Source: Nematocida ausubeli | Taxonomy: Eukaryota | Length of the DNA: 64,000 nucleotides | Reading direction: 5' to 3' | Assembly (NCBI RefSeq): GCF_000738915.1 | Contig: NW_026515635.1 | Location: 1 to 64,000 of the forward strand | In this document: positions 10,065 to 21,440 of the stretch, piece by piece | Layout of the letters: every line of letters starts with the position of its first letter | How positions within the stretch are numbered: the first letter of the stretch is position 1 | Notes under the pieces: model-generated | Database searches by the model: none | The model's input: the letters and a program-made list of their open reading frames with translations, nothing else | Told to the model about the DNA's origin: nothing | Program-made: the position numbers and the translations under genes

Positions 10065-11357
10065 CTATTTCCGAATATCAAGAATGATTGGTCGTGGGTC
10101 AGAGCTGCACACAAGCAACGTGTTGTTTTTTGGAGAAAACTCAATCTGATAGATTGCAGCCCCAATGTCAAACTCCTTCACCAGCTCGTTTGACCGAATG
10201 TCCCACAGTTTCACCACAGGATCAAGCCCACCTGATGCCAGAAGGGTCTCGTCCTTTGAAAAGTCTACTGTGTATATGGGCTTCTCGTGGCCTATCAGGA
10301 AATTCAGGGCTTCTGATCTTTCTGGCGACCAGAGCCCTATTGTAGCATCAAATGACCCAGAGGCAAATATGTTTGTTGCACTTGCAATGGAATACACCTC
10401 CTGCGTGTGTCCTGTCAAGACATTCAAAGGATCCTTTTCCTTGAACTTCCATATCTTCAGCTTTTTGTCGTCTGAGCACGAGATAATTCTCCCATGCATC
10501 TCTACCATGGAGTTTATTTCTCCATCATGCGCTGCCAGCTTGACTATTTGGTTTTCCTGGCTGTGCTGGTCTATGCACGCAAGTGTTCCATCTGCGCTGC
10601 ACGTCATAACTCCCTGCTCCATTGACAGAATATCCATAATTGGTCCTTTGTGAAGTGGCCAGGTCTTTACATCTACAAGTGAATTATTCTCCACCTTCCA
10701 TTTTTTACATAAGCCATCCCATCCTCCTGTCAGCAGCTCCTCACCCTTCAGCGAGACAGCAACAATCGGCCCCCTGTGGCCCTGCTGTGCCTTCCACTCT
10801 TTTCCATTTTTGCTCACAAAAAGCTCTCCATTATGCGTTGTCCCTACTACAGTCGTAGCCTTCTTTGTGCCCCCGAAAATAGAGTCTGACTCAATTGCTA
10901 CCCCGGTTATACCGTGGGCATTGTTTTGGTTAATCCCTACCTTCCACTCTTTTCTTACATTCGGCATGGCCCACAGCCTCAGCAAACAATTCTGGCTGCC
11001 TGTCACCATTTCTCCATTCTGCGCCCATGCACACAGACTTACATCGCTTTCCTGAGACTCTAAGTACACAGGATGAATTTCTATTTCCTGATCTATGCAC
11101 ATGTGAGGCGATGATATGCTGTATTTTGATGTGCACTTTCGGATTCCAGTGGCCATATTTGAGTGTTTCTCAACATATTCCATTTCTATTCCTTTTATTA
11201 TATAGTGCTTTAGTGCGTCTCTTTGAAGCTGCGGCACTGCGGGGTTGTCTTCTATCATGCTCTCGTGCCCAAATACATACGATGCATGGGAATATCCCTC
11301 TTCTATAAGATATCTATAGACCAGATAGTTCAGCTCTGTGCTTGTCAGTGTAATCAT
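10065..11357 (-). CDS. TBL1: LisH + WD40 protein TBL1/SIF2
   Basis: N-terminal LTSTELNYLVYRYLIEEGYSHASYVF LisH motif and multiple GH-WD repeats. Confidence 0.85.
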   Translation of the reverse strand: MITLTSTELNYLVYRYLIEEGYSHASYVFGHESMIEDNPAVPQLQRDALKHYIIKGIEMEYVEKHSNMATGIRKCTSKYSISSPHMCIDQEIEIHPVYLESQESDVSLCAWAQNGEMVTGSQNCLLRLWAMPNVRKEWKVGINQNNAHGITGVAIESDSIFGGTKKATTVVGTTHNGELFVSKNGKEWKAQQGHRGPIVAVSLKGEELLTGGWDGLCKKWKVENNSLVDVKTWPLHKGPIMDILSMEQGVMTCSADGTLACIDQHSQENQIVKLAAHDGEINSMVEMHGRIISCSDDKKLKIWKFKEKDPLNVLTGHTQEVYSIASATNIFASGSFDATIGLWSPERSEALNFLIGHEKPIYTVDFSKDETLLASGGLDPVVKLWDIRSNELVKEFDIGAAIYQIEFSPKNNTLLVCSSDPRPIILDIRK

Positions 11358-11770
11358 CGGAAAAAAATAGTAAGTCTTCCACTAAATATATTTCAATAAT
11401 GGGTACGTTAAAAAGACCAAAACACACAGAAAAATACAACACAAAAAAACCCGAACCCAAAATACCCTCCGTACAGCCAAAATTACAACCCACAACAACC
11501 CCTCAGTAGATCACACAGAATCCCTTCAGACCTAATATTCAGAAACCTAGTTCACACAAATTCACTCACTCCCAGAATAAACACAAGCACTAAAAATACC
11601 TTCCCTAATATGTATATAACCCTGAATAACCCGAATAACTTTATTCTTAATATATTTTGTCATAGTATTCTAATAAAACACGAAAATAAAACAGCAATAA
11701 GACTGTATTAATATACGGAATATTCTTGTGAATAGAAAGTATAAGTTTGAAATTATAAAATTTATTTGTT

Positions 11771-12478
11771 ATGAGAGCAGGCGATATACTTAGACTAGTT
11801 CCCATGGCTGAATTAGTCTTCTGCAATGAAGACTTTGAATACTACAATGAGATTACCTTCCGAGAATTATGCACTCAGGCCCTGCAAGCCATATATCTTC
11901 TGACTAGTGCGTATATGGTCTGGATATCTGTGTCTATTATCTGCAACACAAAGGCCCCTATTGTGGTTGTTCTAAGTGAAAGCATGTACCCTGGGTTTGA
12001 CAGGGGAGATATTTTATTCTTGGCTAATGTAAGAAATAATTACTATGCTGGGGATATATGCGTATTTGAGCTGGCAAAGGATGAAATCCCTATTGTCCAC
12101 AGAGTAATAGATAAGAGATATTCCATGAAGGAAGTTGTCCCAAAGGCAGAAAACAAAAAGGATCCAGTGCTTAATCACTTGCAGTACATGACAAAAGGAG
12201 ATAACAACCATTCAAATGATACCTTCCTGTACCGGGAGAAGAACATTAATCTTATAAATACAAGTCACATGAGGAATATTGTATATGCAAGTTTCCCTTT
12301 ATTAGGGATGGTGACTATTTGGGCTGGGTACTGGAAGTGGGTTAAGTATGCGGTTATTGGTATTCTTGCTATGGATGTTATGTTCACACGGGATAATACA
12401 TTGAAAATAGCTAGGTTCAATGAGGCACAAGGGAAAGAAGAGGAAAAGGAAGAAGCAAAAAAGGAAAAGACCCAATAA
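11771..12478 (+). CDS. SEC11: Signal peptidase complex catalytic subunit
   Basis: PIVVVLSESMYPGFDRGD, IPIVHRV and TKGDNN motifs. Confidence 0.93.
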   Translation: MRAGDILRLVPMAELVFCNEDFEYYNEITFRELCTQALQAIYLLTSAYMVWISVSIICNTKAPIVVVLSESMYPGFDRGDILFLANVRNNYYAGDICVFELAKDEIPIVHRVIDKRYSMKEVVPKAENKKDPVLNHLQYMTKGDNNHSNDTFLYREKNINLINTSHMRNIVYASFPLLGMVTIWAGYWKWVKYAVIGILAMDVMFTRDNTLKIARFNEAQGKEEEKEEAKKEKTQ

Positions 12479-12664
12479 TTTGCATATAAATACTCAGAGA
12501 CATACAAGGTGCTCTGTGTATCTGTAGATTCCATGGGACAGCAACAGACCTGAATGCTGCAATAAAGTTTCTCTTTAAGTTTTTGCACTTTCATTCATAG
12601 AGTCATAGAAGGATTTCTTTGTTTTTACAAGATACGTGCATAATTATCTAGTGATTGGCAGGCG

Positions 12665-13050
12665 TAAAGGGAGAAATATTTCAGTGAGAAAGATATTAGT
12701 ATAAGATAGTCAGTAGATAGTATAAGATATTTATCAAGGGAGGTTTATTTTTGTCACTTAGATGTATTTATTTCTTGTGAAATATTTCTTATTCTTGGTG
12801 AATATATATGTTGGAAATATTTCGTATTCTTAGTCAGTATATTTAGTCATAGTGAACCTTTCCTATTCTTAGTCAATATATATGGTGAGTATATTTAGTC
12901 ATAGTGAACCTTTTCATATTCTTACTGAACACACGCTATATTCTATTAATATTTCATAGAATTACATCTAGTATACGAAGAATATTTTATATATAACGAC
13001 TATTTTGTGGTCTTAGAATAATTATATGTGGGGTTTACCATAGACTATAT
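12665..13050 (+). repeat. Dispersed repeat, copy 1 (core CTAGTATACGAAGAATATT at 12968-12986)
   Basis: Colinear similarity to 18785-19070 and inverted similarity to 19430-19660. Confidence 0.75.
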
Positions 13051-13092
13051 TATGGACCTGTGTCTTGAGTGAAATATTACTCTTTGGGCTTG

Positions 13093-16000
13093 TCAATTCT
13101 GAAAGTGTGATTTTCTGAACTCTTCTGAGTAAAATGGAAGAGGCTTCTCAGGGACTAAGACAGGATTGGTTTTGTGCTCATTGATATTTCTGTTCCATCC
13201 AACGGCTGTTAAAAACCTGGTTCTTTTCTGGGTTTTTGTAATTTTAACTGATTTCTGCGGGTGCAATGAGAAAGTTTCTCCAATTGAATCTACCACGCAC
13301 ATATTTCCTGTGCATATTCCTGTAGAAATATCAACAGAAACCACCATAATATGGTCTCCTGCTGTAAGTGACAGGCCGCTATATGTAAATTCAATCTCTG
13401 CTGAAAATACTGTTTTTGTTTGGATAATTGCCTCAATCCTGTAAGAGTCCATGGAAAGTGAAGAGATGTAGAAATTTCTGGAGATAAATAGTTGCCTTGG
13501 TGTAATAAATATGGAGACTTCTGGGTGTGCAGAATCACTGCATATAAGACCAATGACAGGAATCAGTGGATCTGAAATTTGAAGAAAAGTTCTTATCACA
13601 TTCTTATCAATCTCAAACAAAAACGCATCTTCCAAAGAATTCACAGAAATCTCATGCGCACCTGAACTTGCGCCCATAGAAATTTCACCTTTCCCCAAGG
13701 GTGCACTATCAGCCAGCTGATATCTGTATCTCCAGTCTGTCATATTTGTCCAGTCCTTGCGCTCTGCTTGTTTTACGATAAAAGGGTGTCTTACGTCCAC
13801 TCCAAAAACTATATTTTCGAATTCCTTCTGGATGGTCTCTGAGTCTACAAGTAATTCCCCTGTAACTCCACTTTCCTGGCCTAATTTCCTGCATATATCC
13901 ATGGTAAGCCTATTCTCCAATTCAATCCACTCTTCATCTGACCTTTTTTCGTGCAGTAAATTAACTGACTTTTCTGCACAAAGTAAAGAGTGCCTAAGAA
14001 TAAGCGCAGTCCTAAAGAAATACGTATAAGATGAAAGAGTACCCGTATACGCAGCATATACATTCTCTAATGAGACAGGTATTTTTGTCATTTCAATCAC
14101 TAAATTGCACGGTATGAATACGCAAATAATCCCTGACTTAGAAAGAAGAGAGTGCGTCTTAGGAAGTGAAAATGCATACTGAATCCTGTTGCAACTGATA
14201 ATTTCATCAAGAGACTTAAGGATCTGCACTAATTTTGTCTCTCGCTTGAATTTGCTGCGATATACCTGTCCTGTGTGCACATTAAGACAGACTACTTCAG
14301 TTTCAGACAGTTGTAAAAAAACGGTTTTATCAGAATACCTGAACAAAGACCTAGGATTAAATAAAGAGGTTTCTGCTGCAGTATTAGAGTACCCAACAAG
14401 CCTAGATGCTCTGTTCTTTAAGACCTGCAAGGCACTTAAGTTCAACAGAGACTGACACAGTGATTTGCTAATTAAATCAGAGACTTCTATGACTGATGGG
14501 TCAGTGGCTTCTACAGAGTATTCACACCTTAGTAGATCTACTAGGACAATGCACCCAAATGGAGTGTGAGAATATTTTGAAGCAGACTCAGACATATACT
14601 GGACATATTCCTTGCACTCTGACTGTACAGGGACTGAGTCAATATCACTCCATCTGAGCCTAAGTGCTACCCAGGCAGAATTAAGCACCTTGTCCCTGAT
14701 TTCGAATGAAATGCAAGGGAGAATATTTTCACTAAGTGATGTCTCTGAATTTATAACTGAAATTTCCGTTATATTATGCTTAAGGATTGCTCCTTCCAAG
14801 ATACTGATTATTTGCAGGACTATTTGCTTGTGTATTTCCTGCCATAAATTGCTACTGAATAATTTCTCATAGCTTAGTCTAAGTGAAGAGAATTTTCCAT
14901 GCATGGGAATCAGTGTCTCTGGGATGGGCGTATTGTGTCCCACGTTTATTTTGCTGCGGTTTATAATGGGACTCCACCAGAGCATAAACATTTTATTTGG
15001 GAGCCTGGCTGTTTCGCCTATCTGCGCCTTTGTCCTTTGTGCTGTAGAAGTATTCGTCTGTGTGTGGCATATAATTTGCTGCACAATAAGTGGGTCTTTA
15101 TTTTCATCTTCTACAGTTAAATTTGTCTCTTGTGTGTTCCATGCTTGTCTGACAGTCCTGTATAAAGTGGCGTGATATTTTTGTGATTTTTCTGGTGAAG
15201 AGACAAATTTAACTGTAGAAGATTTCAATGAAAATCCATTTGTACTGTGTAGTAATGCATTATATCTTGTCCATATGACCCAGTATCCATCGTGCACCTC
15301 GTTTGTCCATCTTTTTATTCCGGATGAATTATAATTTCGAAGTCTCCATCCTGTCTCACACCTGTGCATCTTTGATTTATGCATGAAAGCATGCACCCGT
15401 GGTATACCTGCGTGTTTTATCTGAATTCCTTCATTTTTCAGGTCATTAAATAACGTATTTACTGAATCCATTATATTTTCAGGTTTTCCGTTATTTAAAA
15501 CTCCAAGTATTCTGCTGTACAGTGACTGCGAGAGTTCTATTTCATCTGACCACGTGGATATGCTCTTAATAAGAACAAGATGAGAAATGAAGCCAAGACC
15601 ACCCACATCCTTTCCTGAGTAGAACATCACATTAGGGAACCTTTTTTTCATCTGCGTATTCACTGTCGACATAATTCTTCTTTTAATCTTTTCCTCAAAG
15701 GCTTCAATTACCTGAAAAAAGTCCGTTGTAAGAGTCTCTCGGAAAAACAAAATATTCTGAGTCACCAGGCGGTTCCACCTGTCTACTGCAATTGCAAAAG
15801 AGCTTCCTGCTGTGTCATAGTATATCTTCCTGGCGCACAACTGAAACTGATTTAGTGCTTGCTGTGATGCCTGAATTGAAGCAGATTCGTGTGACAGGCG
15901 TATGTCAAAGTCACCAGCAGAGAGTACAACAGGGAATGCATCTATTAGGGTAGAGGAGAGTGCAGACCCGAATATATTCTGTATATAACTTCCTGCAGTA

Positions 16001-18612
16001 TCTTGTGATTTTTTTAAATAGGAAAAACCCGTTGGAAACTGATTTGTCTCTCCATTCACTGCAGAGAATTCTTTCAGAATGCTTTCTTGTGGATCTAAAT
16101 CATTTATAATACAAGGCACAGAGAGACCCTTCAGCCATTTCATTTTTAAAAGTTCAATTGAGAATAGATCTTTTGTATGTAGAATGTACATGGTACTGCT
16201 GCATCTAAAGTACTTAAGTACTGCACTTTCTGCTTCTTCTAATAGAAGTACATCAATTCTTTGCAAAATAATTTCACTCACAACCGAATGAAATTCCAGT
16301 CCCTTTGATAGACCAATCCTTTGCATCGATGAAATATCCTTATACACAAGCGTACATGCACTCTGTGCTACAATATATTCAGATATGGTTTTGTCGCATA
16401 TTTCATTAAGAAGAATCATAAGAGAGTCTCTGTCTATTTCATTCACCAGATTCACCAAATTCACAGAGGAAAAGTACACTTCAGAAGGACATGCTCCAGG
16501 GACTATTTCTTGGTCATGTCTTTCTTTTGTTATTCTTTGCATCTCTTTTGCATATTTCATAAGGGTGACAGGCAATGGTTCATCATCAAGTGGTAGTGTT
16601 TTTTGTGCAATTCCTGAGATATGTATATGGTAAGATATAAGGTGCTCTAAATATGCATCTACTACTCTTTCTTCAATTGAGTATTTTTTGGTTATATCTT
16701 GTCCGTACTCTAACAGTATTTTTACTGTCTCTTTTTTTTTTGAAATTCTTTTTGTCACCCAGGCGAGTGTCTTAGGTAAATCTACTAGAGAATTTCTCAG
16801 AAATTCTACTTCTTTTTTTTCTTCTTGTTTTAGGTGTCTTTTGTATGTACTGGCTAGCTTATTCAAGGAAACTTCTAAAATATCATATAAAGTGTCTTTC
16901 TTGTAGGTTTCTAATGCAAGAAGATCTTTGTTCTGATCGAAGGAAATCCGTTGTAAATCTATTGGTTGTTTTTTCTCACCTGAAAACTCTTTTTCCAAGC
17001 ATATTCTTTGGGTTCTTTTATTCAGAAGCATTGCAGCCCTGAGCATCCTTGATTTTATCTTTCTAATTTCCTTTTTATTTGATATCTTGCATTGTACGTA
17101 CTTGTTCCATTGTTCTATTGTTTCTTTACACCAGAAATTACCTTTTTCTTCTATCTTTGATATAAGTATTTCATGAAGTCCTTTTATGCTTTGGTGTTCT
17201 TTTAGTGGAAAGTACCTTTTGTCTGCTTCTTTTCTTATGTACTCCTCATAAGAATCTTCTCTTTTCCATTGCTTCCATGCGGATTTCATTATATTCTTAA
17301 GGACCTGCTGATTTATCTGCTGTAGATCGACTATTCCTGAGATTGCATCTAGAATATCTTCTTTAAACTGGATATCTTCTGCTGACTTGACTCTTTGCTT
17401 TGTTATTTTTTTCTGTCTTTTTCTTCTGCCTTCTCGTCTTCTGACTACATAATCTGCCAGTCGACTTGAAAACAAAGGAGCACTCCCCAGAAGAAAAAGT
17501 GTCCATATACGCCATGTCTCACACCACATCAAGTCATAAGGTACTTTTGTCTTTTCTTTCTGCAAGCTAAGAATTCTTGCTATTTTTGACATCTCAGAAA
17601 TCTGCTTAATTGTAGAGTACTTGTATCTGTATATGGCTGTATTTACGCCTATCTGAGTGAATTCCTGGAATAAATACTCCAGTGACTGGTGCAAGGTAAT
17701 TTCCTTTGAGTTTTTTTTCTCAATAATCCAAACTATTCTGGAAAGCAGTTTGAAAAGTTCTTGTACAATGTGAAAGGTCTGTCCCATGCGACTTTTCTTT
17801 TTCTCCTTTGTAGTAAGAACCCTTCTCCTTTCAAGTGCATAATTATCAGAAATATTTAAGTACTTGATTTTTCTTTCGGTTATAACGTAATTAAGTATAT
17901 TTCTTCCATGGTGCACGTACAGCCTAGCAAACTTACTCCATTCCATTGTGCTTTCAAACTCTTTTTTCGGGGATTTATAAGGACTTTTACTGGATATTCC
18001 TGGATTATTCTGTTTTTTCCCATGGGATCTCTTTCTTTTTGTCTTTTCCCTTCTCTGTGTTCTCTCTAATATGACACTATTACTCTCTCTAGACATAACC
18101 CTTCTTTCATCGCATTCTTCAGAAATAATTTCATGGGAACCTGCAAATGGAGAAACTATGTCCTTAGAGAAGTCACGTGCTCTGTTATAAAGAAGAGGGA
18201 ACAGTCTCTCCTTATTTATTTTTCTGGATATTTTCATCTGAGGATATTTTTCTCTTAGTCTCTTATACTCGTGAATTGTATAATTACTTCTTTTAACACT
18301 GTATATAAGACCAGACACAATCCCATCTAAGATATATAGCCATTTACACTTATAATTTAGACTATCTTCACTGTTTTTGCTTTTGCATCCTAAAATTATC
18401 CCATCTGTATTGTATGCGCATGTGACAGTCTTTTCAGTTTCCCATGGCATGGGAATTGACTGGATTAATGTTGCGATGATTTTCGGGGAAATAACCAGAC
18501 CATCCAACAAGGCATTCGGGTTCCTTCTGGGTGGGTCTGTAAGCATCTTCTCCAAATATACGCCAGGAAGAGGGACTATCCCATGAAATACATCTTCATT
18601 TGTGTCTTTCAT
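13093..18612 (-). CDS. PRP8: Pre-mRNA splicing factor Prp8, highly divergent and shortened (1839 aa)
   Basis: Eroded Prp8 motifs in order: YRYKY, ITKQRV, RFPNVMFY..DVGGLG, LWWSPIINR, MHGK, LRWSDID and C-terminal FYSEEFRKSHF. Confidence 0.93.
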   Translation of the reverse strand: MKDTNEDVFHGIVPLPGVYLEKMLTDPPRRNPNALLDGLVISPKIIATLIQSIPMPWETEKTVTCAYNTDGIILGCKSKNSEDSLNYKCKWLYILDGIVSGLIYSVKRSNYTIHEYKRLREKYPQMKISRKINKERLFPLLYNRARDFSKDIVSPFAGSHEIISEECDERRVMSRESNSVILERTQRREKTKRKRSHGKKQNNPGISSKSPYKSPKKEFESTMEWSKFARLYVHHGRNILNYVITERKIKYLNISDNYALERRRVLTTKEKKKSRMGQTFHIVQELFKLLSRIVWIIEKKNSKEITLHQSLEYLFQEFTQIGVNTAIYRYKYSTIKQISEMSKIARILSLQKEKTKVPYDLMWCETWRIWTLFLLGSAPLFSSRLADYVVRRREGRRKRQKKITKQRVKSAEDIQFKEDILDAISGIVDLQQINQQVLKNIMKSAWKQWKREDSYEEYIRKEADKRYFPLKEHQSIKGLHEILISKIEEKGNFWCKETIEQWNKYVQCKISNKKEIRKIKSRMLRAAMLLNKRTQRICLEKEFSGEKKQPIDLQRISFDQNKDLLALETYKKDTLYDILEVSLNKLASTYKRHLKQEEKKEVEFLRNSLVDLPKTLAWVTKRISKKKETVKILLEYGQDITKKYSIEERVVDAYLEHLISYHIHISGIAQKTLPLDDEPLPVTLMKYAKEMQRITKERHDQEIVPGACPSEVYFSSVNLVNLVNEIDRDSLMILLNEICDKTISEYIVAQSACTLVYKDISSMQRIGLSKGLEFHSVVSEIILQRIDVLLLEEAESAVLKYFRCSSTMYILHTKDLFSIELLKMKWLKGLSVPCIINDLDPQESILKEFSAVNGETNQFPTGFSYLKKSQDTAGSYIQNIFGSALSSTLIDAFPVVLSAGDFDIRLSHESASIQASQQALNQFQLCARKIYYDTAGSSFAIAVDRWNRLVTQNILFFRETLTTDFFQVIEAFEEKIKRRIMSTVNTQMKKRFPNVMFYSGKDVGGLGFISHLVLIKSISTWSDEIELSQSLYSRILGVLNNGKPENIMDSVNTLFNDLKNEGIQIKHAGIPRVHAFMHKSKMHRCETGWRLRNYNSSGIKRWTNEVHDGYWVIWTRYNALLHSTNGFSLKSSTVKFVSSPEKSQKYHATLYRTVRQAWNTQETNLTVEDENKDPLIVQQIICHTQTNTSTAQRTKAQIGETARLPNKMFMLWWSPIINRSKINVGHNTPIPETLIPMHGKFSSLRLSYEKLFSSNLWQEIHKQIVLQIISILEGAILKHNITEISVINSETSLSENILPCISFEIRDKVLNSAWVALRLRWSDIDSVPVQSECKEYVQYMSESASKYSHTPFGCIVLVDLLRCEYSVEATDPSVIEVSDLISKSLCQSLLNLSALQVLKNRASRLVGYSNTAAETSLFNPRSLFRYSDKTVFLQLSETEVVCLNVHTGQVYRSKFKRETKLVQILKSLDEIISCNRIQYAFSLPKTHSLLSKSGIICVFIPCNLVIEMTKIPVSLENVYAAYTGTLSSYTYFFRTALILRHSLLCAEKSVNLLHEKRSDEEWIELENRLTMDICRKLGQESGVTGELLVDSETIQKEFENIVFGVDVRHPFIVKQAERKDWTNMTDWRYRYQLADSAPLGKGEISMGASSGAHEISVNSLEDAFLFEIDKNVIRTFLQISDPLIPVIGLICSDSAHPEVSIFITPRQLFISRNFYISSLSMDSYRIEAIIQTKTVFSAEIEFTYSGLSLTAGDHIMVVSVDISTGICTGNMCVVDSIGETFSLHPQKSVKITKTQKRTRFLTAVGWNRNINEHKTNPVLVPEKPLPFYSEEFRKSHFQN

Positions 18613-18784
18613 TGTAAAAATTTAAATAAACCAATTCCTGTTATATTTAGTCAGCATGCTACCCTACAGTGTATTCAAATCTACTGAAAAATACTCCAGA
18701 CTAAATACACTGTGAATACTAAGGTGGATTCGGGTTATTCGGGTTAATTTTTGGGAAATCTTTTGGGTTATTGACATTCCCAAA

Positions 18785-19070
18785 TAGGGGAGAAATTTCA
18801 GCCAAGAAATATTAGTCTAAGGTAGATAGTAGATAGTAGATGTCAAATGAGTTTTATTTATCACATACTTGAATATCTAGGATTACTAGGATTTCTTTTG
18901 TATTTCTGTTGAATATATTTCTTACTGCTGTCATATTGCTGCTTCTATTAATATTCTCTTACAATTAGTAGGTAGTCTTCTAGTATACGAAGAATATTCC
19001 GGAAAGTGAAATATAATCAATGGACTCATTGAGTCCCAGAATAATGAGAGATTTTACCACAGTCATTCTA
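18785..19070 (+). repeat. Dispersed repeat, copy 2 (core at 18980-18998)
   Basis: GGGAGAAAT...ATATTAGT...GTAGATAGTA and CTAGTATACGAAGAATATT are shared with copy 1. Confidence 0.75.
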
Positions 19071-19429
19071 ATTTCAGGTTATTTTCAGGTTATATACACA
19101 TAAAGTACACACAAAATACACACAAAAACAACAAGTTTCCAGTGATATAACCCGAATAAAGAATATGTCATTTTTGTTGTAGTTCTATCCACACGCTATA
19201 ATCCTTCTATATTTATAATAATTTATGACAATTTATGATATAATATGCTTATTCTTAGTCTAATCTGTATCTGTACACTTTTTATTTTCGAATATTTTTA
19301 AAGAATAAGTCTCCCTGAGTATATATTCTTTGAAGGGTTTTATTTAAGCAAAAATAATAAGAGCAGATTGATATGTAAAGAATTCATTAAGATGCAAATA
19401 TTAAGAACATAGTAAAGCCACACATCATT

Positions 19430-19660
19430 ATTACCTGGGTATACGAGTCAATTAATTTCACTCTGGAATATTCTTCGTATACTAGAATACTACATTGCAT
19501 GAAAATATTAATAGAAGGCAGTACATGGCAACACTAGTACAAAAAACCACAGTCATCAAAGATATTCCAGTATATAATATAACTCGAGATATCTTAACAA
19601 ATATCTACTATTTGTTTATATACTACTATCTACTATCTGTTTATAGACTACTATCTACTA
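19430..19660 (-). repeat. Dispersed repeat, copy 3, inverted (core at 19467-19485)
   Basis: AATATTCTTCGTATACTAG is the exact reverse complement of the core; flanking TTCTATTAATATT and GTGAAAT are also conserved. Confidence 0.75.
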
Positions 19661-19868
19661 TCTTTTTACAGATCCAAAATAATCTATCTATGAATATATC
19701 TATGAATATACCATTATAGTGCAAATACTAACGTAAATTATATCCATATTATAATATACTAATATATTCAGTAATAATTGGTAATAATTAATATATTCTA
19801 ACAGGTATTTTTCACATAATAATTAATATGGTATATTCTAACGTATTTTCATATAAAGTACTTTAAAT

Positions 19869-21440
19869 TTATTCCATGGTACAGTTAGGCAGTAATGATG
19901 TACCTGTCATTTCCTTTGGAATATTCTGCTGCATAAGATCAAGAATGGTAGGGGCTACATCACAAAGAGCTCTGTCCTTGGTGGGTGCAAAGTCAAATTG
20001 ACCATTTCCCTGAGACAATTCATCCTTGTAGTCTGTACTTCTGATGATTATAACGGGTACTCTGTTTGTTGTATGTGACTTAACTGTGCCCTTTGCGTCT
20101 TTCATTATTTCTGCATTCCCATGGTCTGCTGTAATCACAAGATTGTACCCGTGCTGCTTTGCTGCACAGTAGATTCTGTATACTTCATTATCAACAAACT
20201 TAACTGCATCCATTGTGGCTTCAAGGGAACCCGTGTGCCCAACCATATCACAATTCGCTAGATTTGCAAGAATAAAGTCATCTCCACTTGCAATACTACT
20301 GCAAACAGACTCTGCAACTGCAGCTGCCATCATCTCTGGTGCTGCATCAAAGGTGTGCACCTTTTGGCTCTGGTGAATAATTCTTTTTTCATGCTCCCTG
20401 CAGACATCTTTCCCACCATCAAAGAAAAATGTCACGTGAGCTTGCTTTTCACTCTCTGCAATGCGTGTTTGCTGCAGACCTAAAGACTCAATTACATCAC
20501 CTAGTGCATTATTAACGGAAGGCCTTTCAAATAGAACTTTTTCAGTTTTTTGCTCATTGCATACTCTTGTCATAGTATACACATTCCCATAACTATTTAG
20601 TCTATTGTATATTTGCTTGATCCTGTCAATCCGGAAGTTAGTCAGGACTACAGTGTCACCCTCTTGTATTCCATGGGAAGAACAAAATGGCACAATAAAT
20701 TCATCTGTGATACCAGAAGAATAAGAAGAATTAACGTGTCTTTTTATGTTCTCTAGGCACTCTCTTCTGGAGAGACTTTCAGTTTTCATCTTTTCAGGTA
20801 GTTCGTTTTTTCTGTTTGTGATTGCAGAAAGTGCTTCCTCCGTGCGCTCTTCCCTTCTGTCACGGTCCATACTGTAGAATCTGCCAGAAACAGAAACAAC
20901 CAAAACATTCTCAGGGACACTTTCCATCAACAGATCCAAATATTTCAGGTACTCAGAAGGACGCGTATCCCGGCCATCTGATATTGTGTGAATATATACA
21001 AAATCACAGAACTCTGCAACTAAAATTGCCATATCCCGGATATCCATCCAGTGGCCATGTATGCCTCCGTCTGACAAAATCCCAAGTATGTGAATTTGAG
21101 GCAGTCTAGTACCACTTAGGAACAATTTCTCAGCTAAAGACAAAGGATCACTAGAGAGTGTCTGTCTAATTCTTACACTATCTTGTTGTACAATTCTACC
21201 AGAGCCTATTGTTAAATGCCCTACCTCAGAATTTCCCATAGACTCATCTGATAAAAGACCCACATATCTCCCATGCGCATACAACAAGGCACTATAGTAC
21301 GTCTTACACAAAGATTCCATATACTTTGGTCTCCCTAAAATAATCCCATCTTTTATTTCTGGGTTTATTTCTTCATTGTATCCCCATCCATCCAGTACCA
21401 CTAGACAGCACTTCTTCTCATTTATTTTAATCTTCTGCAT
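19869..21440 (-). CDS. gpmI: 2,3-bisphosphoglycerate-independent phosphoglycerate mutase
   Basis: LDGWG, MGNSEVGH, SDGGIH, DGRDT, GRFYSMDRD, DMVGHTG, TADHGNAE and HTTN motifs. Confidence 0.96.
   Translation of the reverse strand: MQKIKINEKKCCLVVLDGWGYNEEINPEIKDGIILGRPKYMESLCKTYYSALLYAHGRYVGLLSDESMGNSEVGHLTIGSGRIVQQDSVRIRQTLSSDPLSLAEKLFLSGTRLPQIHILGILSDGGIHGHWMDIRDMAILVAEFCDFVYIHTISDGRDTRPSEYLKYLDLLMESVPENVLVVSVSGRFYSMDRDRREERTEEALSAITNRKNELPEKMKTESLSRRECLENIKRHVNSSYSSGITDEFIVPFCSSHGIQEGDTVVLTNFRIDRIKQIYNRLNSYGNVYTMTRVCNEQKTEKVLFERPSVNNALGDVIESLGLQQTRIAESEKQAHVTFFFDGGKDVCREHEKRIIHQSQKVHTFDAAPEMMAAAVAESVCSSIASGDDFILANLANCDMVGHTGSLEATMDAVKFVDNEVYRIYCAAKQHGYNLVITADHGNAEIMKDAKGTVKSHTTNRVPVIIIRSTDYKDELSQGNGQFDFAPTKDRALCDVAPTILDLMQQNIPKEMTGTSLLPNCTME

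Noticed and set aside
19869..21440. Cofactor-independent PGM as recent bacterial transfer
   Set aside because: iPGM is widespread in eukaryotes including fungi, and composition matches neighbouring genes.
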